Assembly: GCA_964016885.1 (NCBI GenBank)
Contig: OZ024742.1
Location: 80,476,001-80,540,000 of the forward strand
Reading direction: 5' to 3'
DNA: 64,000 bases
DNA from: Eledone cirrhosa
Taxonomy: Eukaryota
The first letter of the stretch is position 1, and the number at the start of each line of letters is the position of its first letter. The notes under the pieces were generated by a model that searched no databases, was not told the origin of the DNA, and saw nothing but the letters and a program-made list of their open reading frames with translations. Below, piece by piece: positions 62,637-64,000 of the stretch. Made by a program: the position numbers and the translations under genes.

Positions 62637-63287
62637 TTAATTAGAAAGTGAACGAAAAAATATTGCTACTCCATTACCAAAGGTTTCTGGATCCCAGAAA
62701 ATAGTAATATACGTCTGGAACAGTTATCAGACAGAGATGTTATGGATAAAAAATATGAAATGAGATTTATAATGTGTTAAAAATTGTAAGTGAGGCTTGA
62801 AAAATAACGGGAAATACACATAAGAAAATAACACCCTTTATAATATAAATAATTGTTTCTAGTTTTGGCACAAGGCCAGCAATTAACCAGTGTATTACTG
62901 GTACTTTATTTGATCAACCCCATAAATAAATTAAAAATTGATAATAGAATTGTTTTGACTACAAGCATTTCTGCAACACGAATTGGCGCGAAATTTATAG
63001 TACTCATTCACGTGACATTCAACAACCAACCAAATCTTAATACCTCTGGAGCCACTTTTTTCACATAAAACAGGAAGAATTTCCAAAAGTGATCAGATTA
63101 GAGCAAACATCACCAGCGCTCTATCTCAAACTTATTTTTGAAAAGCATTAGAAATGCGCAACCGGTAAATACTTAAATCTAAAACTGAATACTAACGAAT
63201 ACTTATTACTAATTTAAACTTATTCCTAATTAAACTATTTTTCACTGAGAAAAATTTGTCAGCATATTCTTTTCCGTTTACCTTTCA

Positions 63288-63295
<8 letters not shown>
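62637..63295. mobile_element. Composite PLE remnant (inverted terminus, SINE fragment 62850-62926, plus-strand terminus)
   Basis: 62637-62852 is a direct repeat of 63355-63562 with a degenerate minus-strand hammerhead. 63095-63295 matches the 10362-10551 arm. Confidence 0.65.
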
Positions 63296-63354
<59 letters not shown>

Positions 63355-63357
<3 letters not shown>

Positions 63358-64000
63358 ATTAGAAAGTAAATATAGCTACTCATTAGCAAAGGTTTCTGGA
63401 TACCAGAAAATAGTAATATACGTCTGGATTGGTGATCAGACAGAGATGTTATGGATAAAAAATATGAAATGAGATTTATAATCTGTTAAAAATTGTAAGT
63501 GAGGCTGGAAAAATAACGGGAAATACACATAAGAAAATAACACCCTTTATAATATAAATAATGAAGCAAAAGACATTGCAAATAACTTAAACATTGATAA
63601 TAGAACTGAAAGCCTAGCTAAACGTAAAGCCTATATGACACTGAAAGACCACAACATAGATTTTAATAAGGGACCTAGTTGTAGACTCATTAATCCTGCT
63701 AAATGAGAAATTAGTCTTGCCAGTAAAAAAATATTAAGAAATATAATATTAAAAATAACAATTAAAACAGAACTTTATCAATGGCTTAATACATCTTCAG
63801 TAGTTTCATGGTTTAATATTATACCTGAATGAAATAGATCTAGATTCACTCAATTCGATATAGTAGACTTCTAACTCTCTATTGCTCAATCCTTATTAGC
63901 CAAAGCATTAGAATTCGCTAAAAATTACACTAATATATTTGATTTAGAAGAGGAAGTAATTTTACATGCCCGGCAAACTCTACTTTTTGCCAAAAATGAA
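63355..64000 (+). mobile_element. PLE with inverted terminus followed by RT pseudogene (runs off right edge)
   Basis: Manual translation from ~63570: AYMTLKDH..PSCRLINPAK*EI..SKKIL..QWLNTSSVVSWF..FTQFDIVDF*LSI..LLAKALEFA. Confidence 0.85.

Overview
This is eukaryotic, AT-rich, microsatellite-dense animal DNA. The SINE family and repeat landscape suggest an octopod cephalopod, which is an inference. I found no host gene, rRNA, tRNA or CRISPR array, and most short ORFs in the track are microsatellite or antisense artefacts. The window is almost entirely transposable elements. (1) A ~23 kb pile-up at 29.6-52.7 kb holds L1/Tx1-clade LINEs, all on the minus strand and one full-length with intact ORF1 and ORF2 (35314-41329). 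They alternate with R4/Dong-like RLE retrotransposons, all on the plus strand, and most junctions are (AAT)n tracts. (2) There are about 14 copies of a tRNA-derived SINE. Its target-site duplications start with ATTA and its 3' end resembles the Tx1 3' end, suggesting a SINE-Tx1 partnership. (3) At least 8 Penelope-like (PLE) insertions or fold-back remnants sit in (TA)n tracts. They carry type-I hammerhead ribozyme motifs with a palindromic stem III and, in several families, a very long (30-105 nt) stem II region. (4) There are also a decayed hAT transposon with TIRs, a non-autonomous Helitron, two CRE-clade fragments and old R4-type relics. The best leads are the ATT-targeting Tx1/SINE/Dong system, the long-stem-II hammerheads, and a conserved splice-donor-like motif at the Tx1 ORF1 stop that could fuse ORF1 and ORF2 in frame.
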